From Paragordius varius (lineage: Eukaryota > Animalia > Nematomorpha): a DNA stretch of 64,000 nucleotides. Below the pieces are notes generated by a model. The model did not search any database. It was given only the letters and a program-made list of their open reading frames with translations, and was not told the origin of the DNA. This document shows positions 26,701 through 37,767 of this stretch, one piece after another (positions within the stretch are counted from its first letter, which is position 1; each line of letters starts with the position of its first letter). Made by a program: the position numbers and the translations under genes. The stretch spans positions 1,612,001 through 1,676,000 of the forward strand of contig OZ176055.1 of the NCBI GenBank assembly GCA_964247055.1. Reading direction: 5' to 3'.

Positions 26701-27481
26701 TAACGTTAATATTACATTATATTTATAGTATTATTAATTAAAAGCCATTCTTATATTCGATTTATGGTAAAAGGAAATGAATGTGAAAACGGAAATAAAA
26801 TTATATTTGCCTAAATACATTCATTAACATTTGTTTTCCCCTATTCGCCAATTAAAATGCCCATATAATCAATAATATGGCATTTTACACTATAAGGAGG
26901 CTTTTTTAGTTACAATTTGTCTTTTGCGCATATATTTACTATAGATTGGTGATATGATTTCAATCATTGATATGAATACAAATACGGTTGTTAATGAACC
27001 AAATGGCAGGTATGATGAACAAAATGGTAATATTTCAGGCCTAATGTCTCAAGCAAACTCCTCACACCATTCCGAAACTTATGTTTGGTGGAAAGGGAAA
27101 AAAGATTTGAATGTAACCATAGCTTTTTATTAGTTTTTTTTACACATAAAATAAACATACAATTTTGAAATTATGGTTGGTCACCGGTTTTACGTGGTTT
27201 ACGGATGCATTTATTAACTTACAAAAAAATGTTTCGAAAAATTTTATGAATATTTTATTGATTGATATTAATAAATTTAAAATCAAATAAATTTAAAACC
27301 AAACGGTTTATTTATGATGATTTTGTTTTACTGTTAGTTTAGTCTTGCAACATATATATTTTGCACACATTTATAGAGTATATACCAATAATGATTTATT
27401 ATAACTGTTAATGTTTATTACATTTATAAGCGGCAGTTGGTCCGATTTTGTGAGATCGATTTGATTTTAAATTTATTTGAT

Positions 27482-27519
<38 letters not shown>

Positions 27520-30500
27520 ATTACTAAAATATTCATAAAATTTTTAGAAACTTTTTTTAATTTTCAACTTTTTTTGCAAAAATTTTAAATTTTTAAGGTT
27601 GGATATTTCCCACAACATTACGTTCAACTTTGTCCCTTCCCCGATTCATCATTCCATTTGTCATCATGGAATGCAGAACATGGCAACAATCACCATATCA
27701 ATAAGCGTTTCAACCTTCGAACCTATACACCAGCACATAACTACACCAACGTTCCACCTCCTATAGACTGTAAATAAAGCTTTTTTTATTATTAAATTTT
27801 TGTTTTTATGCAGAGTTTTTATTAGGCGCATTATAAAAAGCTGTATGTTCCCATTCTTCCGTAAGCTTTCGTAATATGAATAGACTTTATAAGTTAAGAA
27901 AGAATGAAGGTATATATCTAGATATTCCACCTCCTATAGACTGTAAGTTAAGTTTTTTCCGTTTTATTTTTTTGTATCCAATGTAGAGTTTTTTTTAGAC
28001 GCATTACAAAAAACTGTATATTTTCATCTTCTCGTAAGCTTTTAAAATATAGATGGATTTTAAAAGTTAAGAAAGAATGAAGATATATCTATATAAAAAG
28101 TTTTTTTAGACAATAACTATGGTGCAGTAGTTTTTTTACAAATTATAACCTATGGGAAAAATACCGCCTCAAATTGAATTCTTACAAATGTGGAACGAAA
28201 AAATGTTTTAAACATTTCTTGATTACAAAATTATATCGATATTTAAAGAATTTATGCATGAAATGTAAATTTTTTTATCGATTTTCAAATGCCAATATCT
28301 CATTTATTAATATGGTGTAGTACACAATTTACAAAGTACAACTCAAACTCTATCTTTGACTAATGGCACATCAAATCATGATAGCGAACTTTTAACACAA
28401 TCCACAAACGTGACAATGAATGTTCGACCCTTTTTACAAAAGTTTTTAGCGGAGGGAAGGCCGCCAAAACCCAAACTCCGTGCTAGGGGTATTTTACGGG
28501 AACGCGTTTTTGGATGTGATTTAGGAGAATATCTTATCAATTCTAATCAATCAGGTACAAATATATTTTGTTTAAATATATATATATATACATATATATT
28601 TGTATATGCGCGACTGAAAAAAATATTTTTTTTCAATAAAAAAAACTTTTTGGGAATTGTTAAGTCCCAAATTTAAAAATGTATTGAATAAGCATATTAA
28701 CCTTAGTTTTTTACAGTTTTTTTTTTTCAATATTTACAAATTTTTATTCAAATTTGTTTTTAATAAAAGTTCCACCAATTGTCAAATATTGTTGTGAATG
28801 GATCGAGAAACATGGGTTGACTGATGGAATATATCGTCTATCTGGTATCACTTCAAGCATTCAAAAACTTAGGTTTGTGTATTCCAATTTATTTTTTGGA
28901 ATAATAAAAATGTGCAAAATACTCAGATTTTAGATTTTTTTAATATACATAATTATGGGTAATAATTAAAACTATGCTCAAACTTGTTTGCAATAGATTC
29001 TCCCTTTCTTCTACATTTGTATTTTAATTTGGGGAAATAACATGACTTATGATTTGTGCAATATGGCCCTCCAAAACAATGATTTTTTAAAATTGAATTT
29101 TAATTATATTCAATTTATTCCAATAATACAAATATTATATAACGTAACAAATATTAGGGAGCTTATACAAAATTGAAAAAATTCCTAATATCATCATGAA
29201 CTAATTAACTTAAAGTCGGTAATTTTAATGTGAGAGGACCTATTTTTATATATGTATTATTTCGAAATGTATGGGTTATATACCCCCACCTTTAAACATT
29301 AAATAATACTATTATTACAAAGTTAACTACTTTGGAGATTAATTAAAAAAATATACAGTTTAGAGTCTCTTTCCTCCTTTTTTTATTAAAGGGTAAGGAC
29401 TTAAATTATTTGAGAGTTAACTACTTTGGAGATTAATTAAAAAAATATACAGTTTAGAGTCTCTTTCCTCCTTTTTTTATCAAAGGGTAAGGACTTTAAT
29501 TGTAACCGGACTTGTGAAGGCTTTAACACTCACCTGCCCAGGGCTGACAGTACAGTGATGATGGAAAAATTGCGTAGTTTCGGGCTTCGAACTCTGGCAC
29601 GCAGTTTCAAAGTCCAGCCCTCTACCAACTATACCATCACGCCCGCTATATTTTGTAAGTAAAATTACCTTTACACTATTATTTACGATAGGAATGCGTT
29701 TGATGAAGAAAAAATGCCTACGAGTATGCTTGAATCCGCCATAATTTCGACATCACCCCTAAAATATGAACTGGACACGGTATTACCTCAAAGGAGCGAA
29801 CAAAAATCTCCCACTCCTAGAAACTCTGAAAGTGTAGGGAACGATGACGTCCATCTTGAATTAATTCATTCTTATGCCTCTACGCTAAAAATGTATTTCC
29901 GAGAATTACCTAATCCCTTGTTAACGTTTCAATTGTATCCGGCTTTTATAGTATGAATCAATATATATATATATATATACTATGAAGGTTTTTTAATGAT
30001 GTTGTAACAAAAGATTTTAAGATATAAACTATTGAAATTTCCTTCGTTGTTAGATTTTATAAAAAATCGTGAATCTTTATTAATTCATATTGTAAAAATT
30101 AATAATTTTACTTTTTCTATGATTTATAATTATTTTTAAAACTCTACCACAGTTTTTTTTTTATTTTTTTAGGGAAAGGCCAAATCTTATAATAATAAAT
30201 ATTCATGATATTGCATTATAATATAACATACAGGATTCAATCAAATCTCGCATGAATCCATCTGAAACAAATCATCCTGCTTTCGTACCATCACAAAAAT
30301 GTATTCAGTTAAATTTTTCGTCATCAGGTCCCTTGTTCAACAATGGCAACAAAAACATAAAATCCAACAATCATAGTACACCTAATACTGATTCTTCGAC
30401 TTTAGAACTAATATCAACATTTCGTGAGCTTATGTTAGCCTTACCCCCTCCACACTTTGCTACGGCGAAATATTTATTTACTCACTTACACGCCATGGCT

Positions 30501-33500
30501 CAACAGGCTGGGAAAACGAATATGCATAGCAAAAATTTGGCTATCGTGTGGGCCCCTAATTTATTGAGGTTAAGGTTAAAAAAAGTTTTGTTCAATAAAA
30601 ATATATATTGGGTCTTGTTTTAAAAACAAATTTTTTTTGAGGGGGGGTGGTCTTTATTTATTAGATTTACCAATTTTACTTAATGCAATAGAGGGCTATT
30701 TTGAACAATTTTAATTTAATTACATTATCTTAAATTAGCCTTACAACATTAAACATTTTGTTTTTTTCTCATATATTTGGGAATTATTGATTTTTTATAA
30801 TTTATTAATAAAAGAATCGAAAAAAAATATTTTCTCGTTAAATGGGTATAAATATTTGTTAAAGAATGGAAAAAAACAAGAGCTCTATGGTAATTCTTAT
30901 ACTTTTTTTGAAGAATATGATATTGTTAATACCATATGGCTCTTGTTTTTTCCATTTTTTAACAAATATTTACACCCATTTAACGAAGGAAAATAAATTT
31001 TTGACAAAATAAAGGATACATGACTGTATATTAATATATATATAATATATTTCCAACAATATAGATGCCAAGATATGATGGAACGTATGAGTTACCAAGC
31101 GTCCATAATGAATAATTCATTAGTCACGAAACACAAAAATGATAAACAACACAAAATCTCCCATCCAGTTAATGTTAATGTTAATTCGCCATCGTCAAAA
31201 AATGTTTCTTCACCCTTACTGAGTGTTGGCAAGTCAAGATTCATAACACCCTTCACCTATTCACAATTACATAAATCTACTGGTATTAATATTTTTTTAA
31301 ATATAACTTTTAAAACAGTAATATCTTCTAAAGGAAAATCATACTTTTTTTAAATAAAACAATCATATAATATTTTTAAAACCTTGATATCTTATAAATA
31401 AATATTATATATAATATAATTGATTCTATTACCAAACAATTTATATGCCTATTTCCACCATTTGGCAATTTTACAACAAAAACTCACATGTATAAACAAT
31501 GATTTATATTTAAATAAAAGAAAGTAGTGTAAGTACGGTTTTGCCTTTTTTAAATTTTAAATAAATATATTTATCTTTTATTTTTCACATTTTTTTGAAT
31601 CTCAATATTTTATCCGAACTTTTGTAAAAGGTTCAAAATTGGGTTCCGGTAACATAGGAATGTCCCAATCCATACATTTACCCGTTATGAATAATAACCA
31701 TCAACAACAAAGTGGATTTAAGATATGGACACCGCCAAAGGATGAACAAGCTAACTCGAATACGGTTAAAGAATATTTTGCTTCATCTCTTAGAAAGAAT
31801 AAAGGTTGATACTTAATGTTAAATTTATAGGGGGTAGTTGATGATGTGCTAAAATATAGAGAACTTATATATGGAATATATAATATGATTAATATATTTT
31901 TAAATAAAAAACACCTAAAATAGTAAGAATTGTATTCTCGTTTATGAAATTTTTATGTCTTAAACGCTATAGCAAATGTAATTTACTAAGCATTAGAACT
32001 GGACACAATTTCATTTCTAAGGAACCGAAACCATATCAGCTTTTTTGCAATCGTTTTGAAACAAAGTGTTTTAATAAGAAAAAAAACACGAAAACCCTAA
32101 AGAAATTTTTTCTCTAGATTTACATTTCTAACATTAGCACCAAAGAAAAATGTATCAAATGCCACAAAACCAAAGAACAATACGAAAATCTCGAACCCTA
32201 AATTTTTTCCGCCTTGTCCTATGACATCGTATGATGCAACCCTAACCCGTGATATTATGTTGGGGGCCAGTGTACAAGCCTTAGTTATTGAGTATCTCAT
32301 AACGCATTGTCATGAAGTTTTTGATGGGCTGACCGACGAAGTGACAAGACCACCACAATCCTCCTTTTTAAATCATTCACCCAATAAAAATGCCGAAGTC
32401 ATAAACCATGATTCGACAACTTTGGGAGGTAATACCATTTACAATTCAAATTTACCCTTGAACAATTCAAATTCACTCTTAAACAATTCAAATCCCTTAA
32501 ATAAAATTACGTTTTTTAAGCTTAAAAATTACCAATATTTTTATATATTTTTAAAAATAAAAATTTCATTTTAAATTAAAATAATACTGAAAAAAATAAT
32601 AAACTATGCTATAAAGATATATTTCTTATTTATAATGAGTTATATTAGTTCGAAAACACATACTTATTTTTAGGGTGAATTTGAAGAATTTGAACTGTAA
32701 ATTGTATATATAATTTTTGTAAAATTTGGTCGACAATTTTTTTGATAGTTATCATGATATAATGTAAGAATTGGTAGTTTAGGTTAGACATGAAATCGAA
32801 AAGTGATTTGAACTTATAGATGACCCTTCTAAAATAAATTTTATAATGCGCTTACTTAATATAAATGAACCCATAACTTAATTAGTTTATACTGATTATA
32901 ATATCTTTTTTGATTTTAAATATGGTTATAACTTTTAAGTATTAATTGTTTTTAAAGTTTAGTTTACGTTCTCAAAAGTTTACTAGTTTGTTGGTACGGA
33001 GCTCTTATATATATATATATATATATATATATACGCGGGAGTTATACTTTTTATAATATTGTTGTCCGTTATTATATGGTATTAATGGGTGTAATTTTAT
33101 TTTATCCCTTTTATAAAATAATTTTAGATAATATTCAACAAAGTGGTAACGACGCATTACCCAAGAAAAATTTTGCAAATGTCATTTACGCAAACGTTGA
33201 AGAAATTAAATCGATCGATAATAATAAAATTGAAGTGTCCTTAGATTGCGATGCTACGATTAATCCTTTAACTCAAATTTTAAGTGCAAAAAAGGAGGAT
33301 TTCAAGAGCCTTTTACAACAACAAATGGTTAAATTAGTTAATCCACAAATGGATAAATGCTTTAACATCAAAAATAATACTAAGGAAGGTAATATTTTGA
33401 TTATTCACCATATTTTGATTAATTAAATTTATTTCAGGGCTTCGAACTGGAAACCTGTTTTCCTTAAATTTTAGCAGGAACTGGTATAGGGATAAAAACA

Positions 33501-36500
33501 ACCCGGTTTCGGCGCCACCCCTCCAAAATAAGTGGTTCCCATATGCTTTTATTTTATTTAAAAAAAATTATTGTTTAAATTATTTTAAAATTGTTTGATT
33601 ACATTTTTTATTACCCATGAAAATGAATAACCATTTTTTGAAAAAATATATTTAAACATTTTTTTCCATATTTGATCTAAATAAAATAACCGTGTTGACC
33701 ATTTTTTTCTGAATAATCTACCTTGGACACCCGAAGAGAATCACAAACATACTTATTTTCGTAGAGTTTTTTTCATCCATAAATTAAATACATTAACCTT
33801 GTTTATAAATAAAATAAACTTTTGGTAAAAAACCATAAATTTGGTTTAGGAAAAATAATTTATTCACGTTTGGTTTATATTAATATAAAAAAATGTTGTA
33901 TAAATATCACATTTAATTAAAAGCTAAGAACCACCACAGAACCGGCCTTTATAAAAGACCGGATCTGGAAGCGTTAAAAATTTAAGGAATTGACCTAATT
34001 CCACTTGCTCAGGAACCACCCGGCTTACATTTTTTATGTACAAAGTCGGTTCTAGTTTCACTTTTTTCGAAGCCCTGGATTATTATTAATTTTTTTTTCG
34101 TTCCCATTTTTTACCATTAACATGATATACCAAGATAGACGTTTATAAATATTGAGTTTCCTAATCATTTTCCATAGATCAATTACCAACATACCGTAAC
34201 AAGCGTATTCATAACCGCAATTTATCGAATGTTAGCGAGTATAATAATGCTACTGCTCCCTATATGGATAAGGAAGAAAATTTGAAAGGCAACAGTACCA
34301 GGACCAAACATCATTCCACAAGTCAATTTTTATCTCAAGAAGATGGGTTTTCTTGCAACCAAAAGAACCAAAACGATTTCAATAATTTACCTGTCGGAAA
34401 ACAACTAATTCCTTCATTAGATAAAATATGTGGCGACAATGATACAGATGATACATCTTCTACAGTTAATGAAGTGCTTGCGACTCTCAATAACGCCGCA
34501 CACTTGGGGAGGACAGCCAATAATTCATGTGCCCTAACACCGCCCGATTTTAGTAGCCTGAGCAGTGAGAGTGACGATGCAATTTTTTGGGAAGAACGGA
34601 ACGGTTTAACATTAATTGTCAACAATGAGAGCTTAGAGAATGGGAAACATAGCAGTTGCAAAAAGAAGAAGCAGGTTAACAAAACGCTACCAATTTTTGC
34701 TGATATGGGTTGTCAAACGGATGTCGGGCCTTTGATAATGACTGTTGTAGGCAATAATCAGGTTAAGCTAACACCGCCACAAATCACTAGTCAATGCGAT
34801 ATGTCTCCTCTTAATCCAAAACTTTCTGATGATCAATTGTCAAACTCATTCCAAAATGACGCGAAAATTGATAAAGTTTCAAATGATAGTTTTATAAATG
34901 AAGATGTCTCACTCACTCGAACAAATAATGTTATGCATGACCATGAAAATCACTATTACAAGCCCCATAATATCTTTCAAAAAGCGTTGAACAACAACAG
35001 GTCAAATTTAAGTAACGCTATTAATAATAGAATTCGAGGTAAGCGAAAACCTCATCTAAGTGTTAATATGATGGATGAAACTATGATAACGCAAGTTACT
35101 GATCCCACCGAAGTGTCTAATTATTACCTTAAGAAAAGTTTAAGTTTGAATTGTATGGAAAATTTTCCCGTTGAAGATTCATCATCTTTTATTAAGGATC
35201 AAACTCAACGTTTTAAAAATGTTTTATCGGGTTATGAGGACACCGTTTTATTGAATCGAAATTCGCAATTATCTGTCAATGACTCAGGCACAATGTCTTC
35301 ATATCCGACAAAATTATCAATAGACCCTACCACCATTAATGCGGTTGATATATCCGATCAAATTAATTTATTAGAAAGTACTGATCTAGTAAACAATGCT
35401 GGCGAGGAGGCGAACGCTGATAACAATAATTACCAAGATTCTACGGAAAATACGGATAAAAACATGGAAATATGCAATGAAAAAAATGATCCATATCAAC
35501 CATTGATTTGTGTTAATGGTTCGAAAGACTCTAGGGAAAATAACTCTATAAGGCCTCTTTCTAATGATAATATCATTTCATGTAAAAATGTTGTAACTAC
35601 TTACCAAGGACGCACCATAATTAACAATCCTGGACAAGCCAAAGAAATTAGAATGAATCGCATTTCCCCAACCAAATATGACATAGATGAATCATCAGAT
35701 AAAACTTCCCCTGAATATGTATGTGGTGGATTGAAAAAAATCAATAATCTTAATAATATCGATACAGCTAATACAATGATGTGCCGTAATAAATCAACTA
35801 GCTTGGCCAATATTGCGTTGGATAGCGCGATAGAATCTTTGCTAAGATTTAAGCAAAATCGTCGCGTTACAGCATCACACAAACAACCAGGCATCAGCGC
35901 AAACCTTTTATATCGCCAACATAGTTTTCAATCAAAACATAACTCAAACACACAAACGATACCACCATCAAATTATAATTTATGCTCAAAAGAGCGATTA
36001 CAGAACATAAATGATAATGGTGATAATAAAACTGAAACGCAAAATGTCCCACATGGAGCAAACAAGGCCAGAATATTAATTAATGGCAACAAAAATGTAA
36101 ATGATGATAATATAACTAGAGATGATGCTGATGATATAAACAAGCTTTCAGTTATAACCACGTTTTGGGAAACGTTAAACAACAACGCACAAGGAAAAAA
36201 TTGTTTGGAAGCTACTAATCATAAGGACGATATTACAGAGAGGACAAATGAATTACAAGCAAACATGAATGCGAAAAATTTTACACCATATTCGGATTTA
36301 CAGGCCGAAAAAACTAGCCATTCCCCACTGAAGCCAAGTAAGTATATTTAAAATTTTAATAAATTGTAAAATAAATTTTTTAATTAAATGATTTTCATCA
36401 TGACTTGACTTAATATACAAAAACTTTACATCTATTTTATAGTTTTACGGAATTCTATTACAAATTCACCGCAACACCCATCTTATCCTTACCCAACTAT

Positions 36501-37362
36501 CAGTCTAAAACCAACAAGGCAAAGTTACCCAATTGTACCCGATAAAACAAACGTAATTATGAAAACACCTTTTTTAGCTAAAGACATGGAAAAATCCTTA
36601 ACAGAAAATCATTCTTCTGAAACGAAACGAGTGGAGTTTTCTGTTGAGGAGGTGGAAACCAAAAATCCAAAACACATTGAAAAATTATGCGTGGAAAGAG
36701 GATTATATATGGATAAAAAACCACCCATTCAACAAATCGCAACTACAGTTATCAACTTGCGTAATAGCCGAGGTCCAGTAAAATCAATATATGCTTCACC
36801 GATTAAAAGCACCATAACTATCCATCAAATACCACCATCCACTAAGCATATCCAAGAAGAAGACATAATGTCTGGCAAACATAATTATCAACCAAAAATT
36901 TCTCCGCCCCACAATGAAAATGGGGACATTGCCAATGTTGACCCGTATAAAGTCTTTCCATCATCCCGCGTAAATATTGAGACAAACCCCATAGTTGACA
37001 ATACAAGCGAAGATACAACCCTTATCAATAGTTATAATAACAAGGTTAAGGACTTAAAAGCCAGATTTGAACCTGGTATAAACATTAACCCTAACAAGTC
37101 CAAAACAGGTGATTGTCTCTTGGAGGTTGGTCAAAATTCGACAGGACTCAGGACATCACTTGCAATAGATCACGCCCATGTGAATGCGTTAAAACAAAAT
37201 TTCTTTTCAACAAACCACACCTCAAATCAATCATTACACGGGATGCGTGACAATTTAACACAATCACCAAATAAATTGGACAATACTTTAGGTGTAATGC
37301 AACGATCTTACATTGTCACCAAAACATCCAACAATTATTTTACAAAATCATCATCTCCCTAA
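20721..37362 (+). CDS. ARHGAP32: Rho GTPase-activating protein of the ARHGAP32/33 (RICS/p250GAP/CdGAPr) type: PX-SH3-RhoGAP plus long low-complexity tail. 16 coding exons (20721-21809, 24142-24353, 24808-25012, 25964-26095, 26945-27112, 27598-27769, 28321-28554, 28770-28872, 29692-29950, 30234-30568, 31065-31282, 31631-31804, 32138-32428, 33128-33388, 34178-36337, 36443-37362), ~2310 aa
   Basis: Family motifs appear in order: FPRVQDCAHFHYDHV; PX-like CNGKSWTLNR...LHKCLFNR...YFSRLS...INCAHILNWFEMDNKG; SH3 AIKRY...ELSFEIGDMISIIDM...WWKGK...VGYFPQHYV; RGILRERVFGCDLGE; arginine finger DGIYRLSG; KMYFRELPNPLLTFQLY; LPPPHFAT; NMHSKNLAIVWAPNLLR; VQALVIEYLITH. All 15 introns are GT-AG and phase-consistent (6933 nt). 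ARHGAP32 and ARHGAP33 cannot be distinguished, and the acceptor at 32137 is the least certain junction. Confidence 0.9.
25157..25430. mobile_element. Tc1/mariner-type MITE (family T1, ~270 bp)
   Basis: TA|CAGTAAAAATTGATATTGTACGGA ... TCCGTATAATTTTATTTTTTACTG|TA: inverted termini with TA on both sides. Confidence 0.75.
27752..28092 (+). repeat. ~174-bp diverged tandem duplication spanning the 3' end of RhoGAP exon 6 and its donor site
   Basis: TTCCACCTCCTATAGACTGTAA occurs at 27752 and at 27925. Downstream CGTAAGCTTT and AAGTTAAGAAAGAATGAAG are also repeated. Confidence 0.9.
29321..29500 (+). repeat. 94-bp near-perfect tandem duplication in RhoGAP intron 8
   Basis: AGTTAACTACTTTGGAGATTAATTAAAAAAATATACAGTTTAGAGTCTCTTTCCTCC...AAAGGGTAAGGACTT at 29321 and 29415. 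Confidence 0.95.
29502..29647 (-). mobile_element. tRNA-derived SINE (tRNA-Gln(UUG)-like head)
   Basis: Minus strand shows A-box TGGTATAGTTGG (29636-29625), CTGGA-CT-TTG-AA as in the tRNA-Gln anticodon arm, and B-box GAGTTCGAAGC (~29594-29584), followed by a non-tRNA body. The anticodon stem does not pair, so this is not a functional tRNA. Confidence 0.6.
30835..31026. mobile_element. Internally deleted, one-ended copy of MITE family T3 forming a long hairpin in RhoGAP intron 10
   Basis: TCGTTAAATGGGTATAAATATTTGTTAAAGAATGGAAAAAAACAAGAGC and GCTCTTGTTTTTTCCATTTTTTAACAAATATTTACACCCATTTAACGA are inverted copies. The right end AAAATAAAGGATACATGACTG|TA is identical to the end of the 59330-59826 element. 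Confidence 0.75.
33435..34077. mobile_element. hAT-type non-autonomous element (643 bp) in RhoGAP intron 14
   Basis: Perfect 12-bp TIR CAGGGCTTCGAA / TTCGAAGCCCTG with clustered subterminal GAACC/AACCGG motifs. The 8-bp flanks (ATTTATTT vs GATTATTA) match only partly. Confidence 0.65.
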
Positions 37363-37767
37363 AAATGACAACCCTTATTTATTTAATTACCCAAATGTGA
37401 TTTTGATGAGTTATAAATGACAGTATTACAAGGACAAATTTGATGGAATTGCGATTTTATATAGAGACACCAATGATAACTTTTGTTTTTTGTAGATATA
37501 TCCAAAATTCCATTCAATTATTATTAATTATATCTGCTTTCAATTTTATTGATGTAATTTAAACAAAATTTCGTGTTTTTATGTATGTATAATCATTATT
37601 ATTATACCAAAATTAGCCAAATATCATTTCCATATGCATTTTATAATCACTGCGCATTTTTTTACACATGGGCACACAACACAAATTTATTTTGTATTTA
37701 TGTAAAATTATAAATTAATCATCCGTATATAAAATCGATTAGTATGTATTATAAATTAGTTGGTTAG

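Noticed and set aside
29580-29647. Functional tRNA-Gln gene
   Set aside because: The anticodon stem (CTGGA/ACTGC) and acceptor stem do not pair, so it is treated as a SINE head.
30160-30210. Strong-looking acceptor TTTTTTTAG at 30172 as the start of RhoGAP exon 10
   Set aside because: In phase 0 it reaches TGA after 11 codons. The CAG at 30233 keeps the frame. It could be a minor NMD isoform but there is no evidence for that.
32110-32137. Acceptor TCTCTAG at 32117 for RhoGAP exon 13
   Set aside because: Phase-incompatible with the donor at 31805 (gives a stop). The TTAG at 32137 fits, though a different upstream donor cannot be excluded.
34335-36185. Antisense ORFs at 34335, 35601 and 35973
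   Set aside because: Shadows of the long RhoGAP exon 15 with no recognisable motifs.
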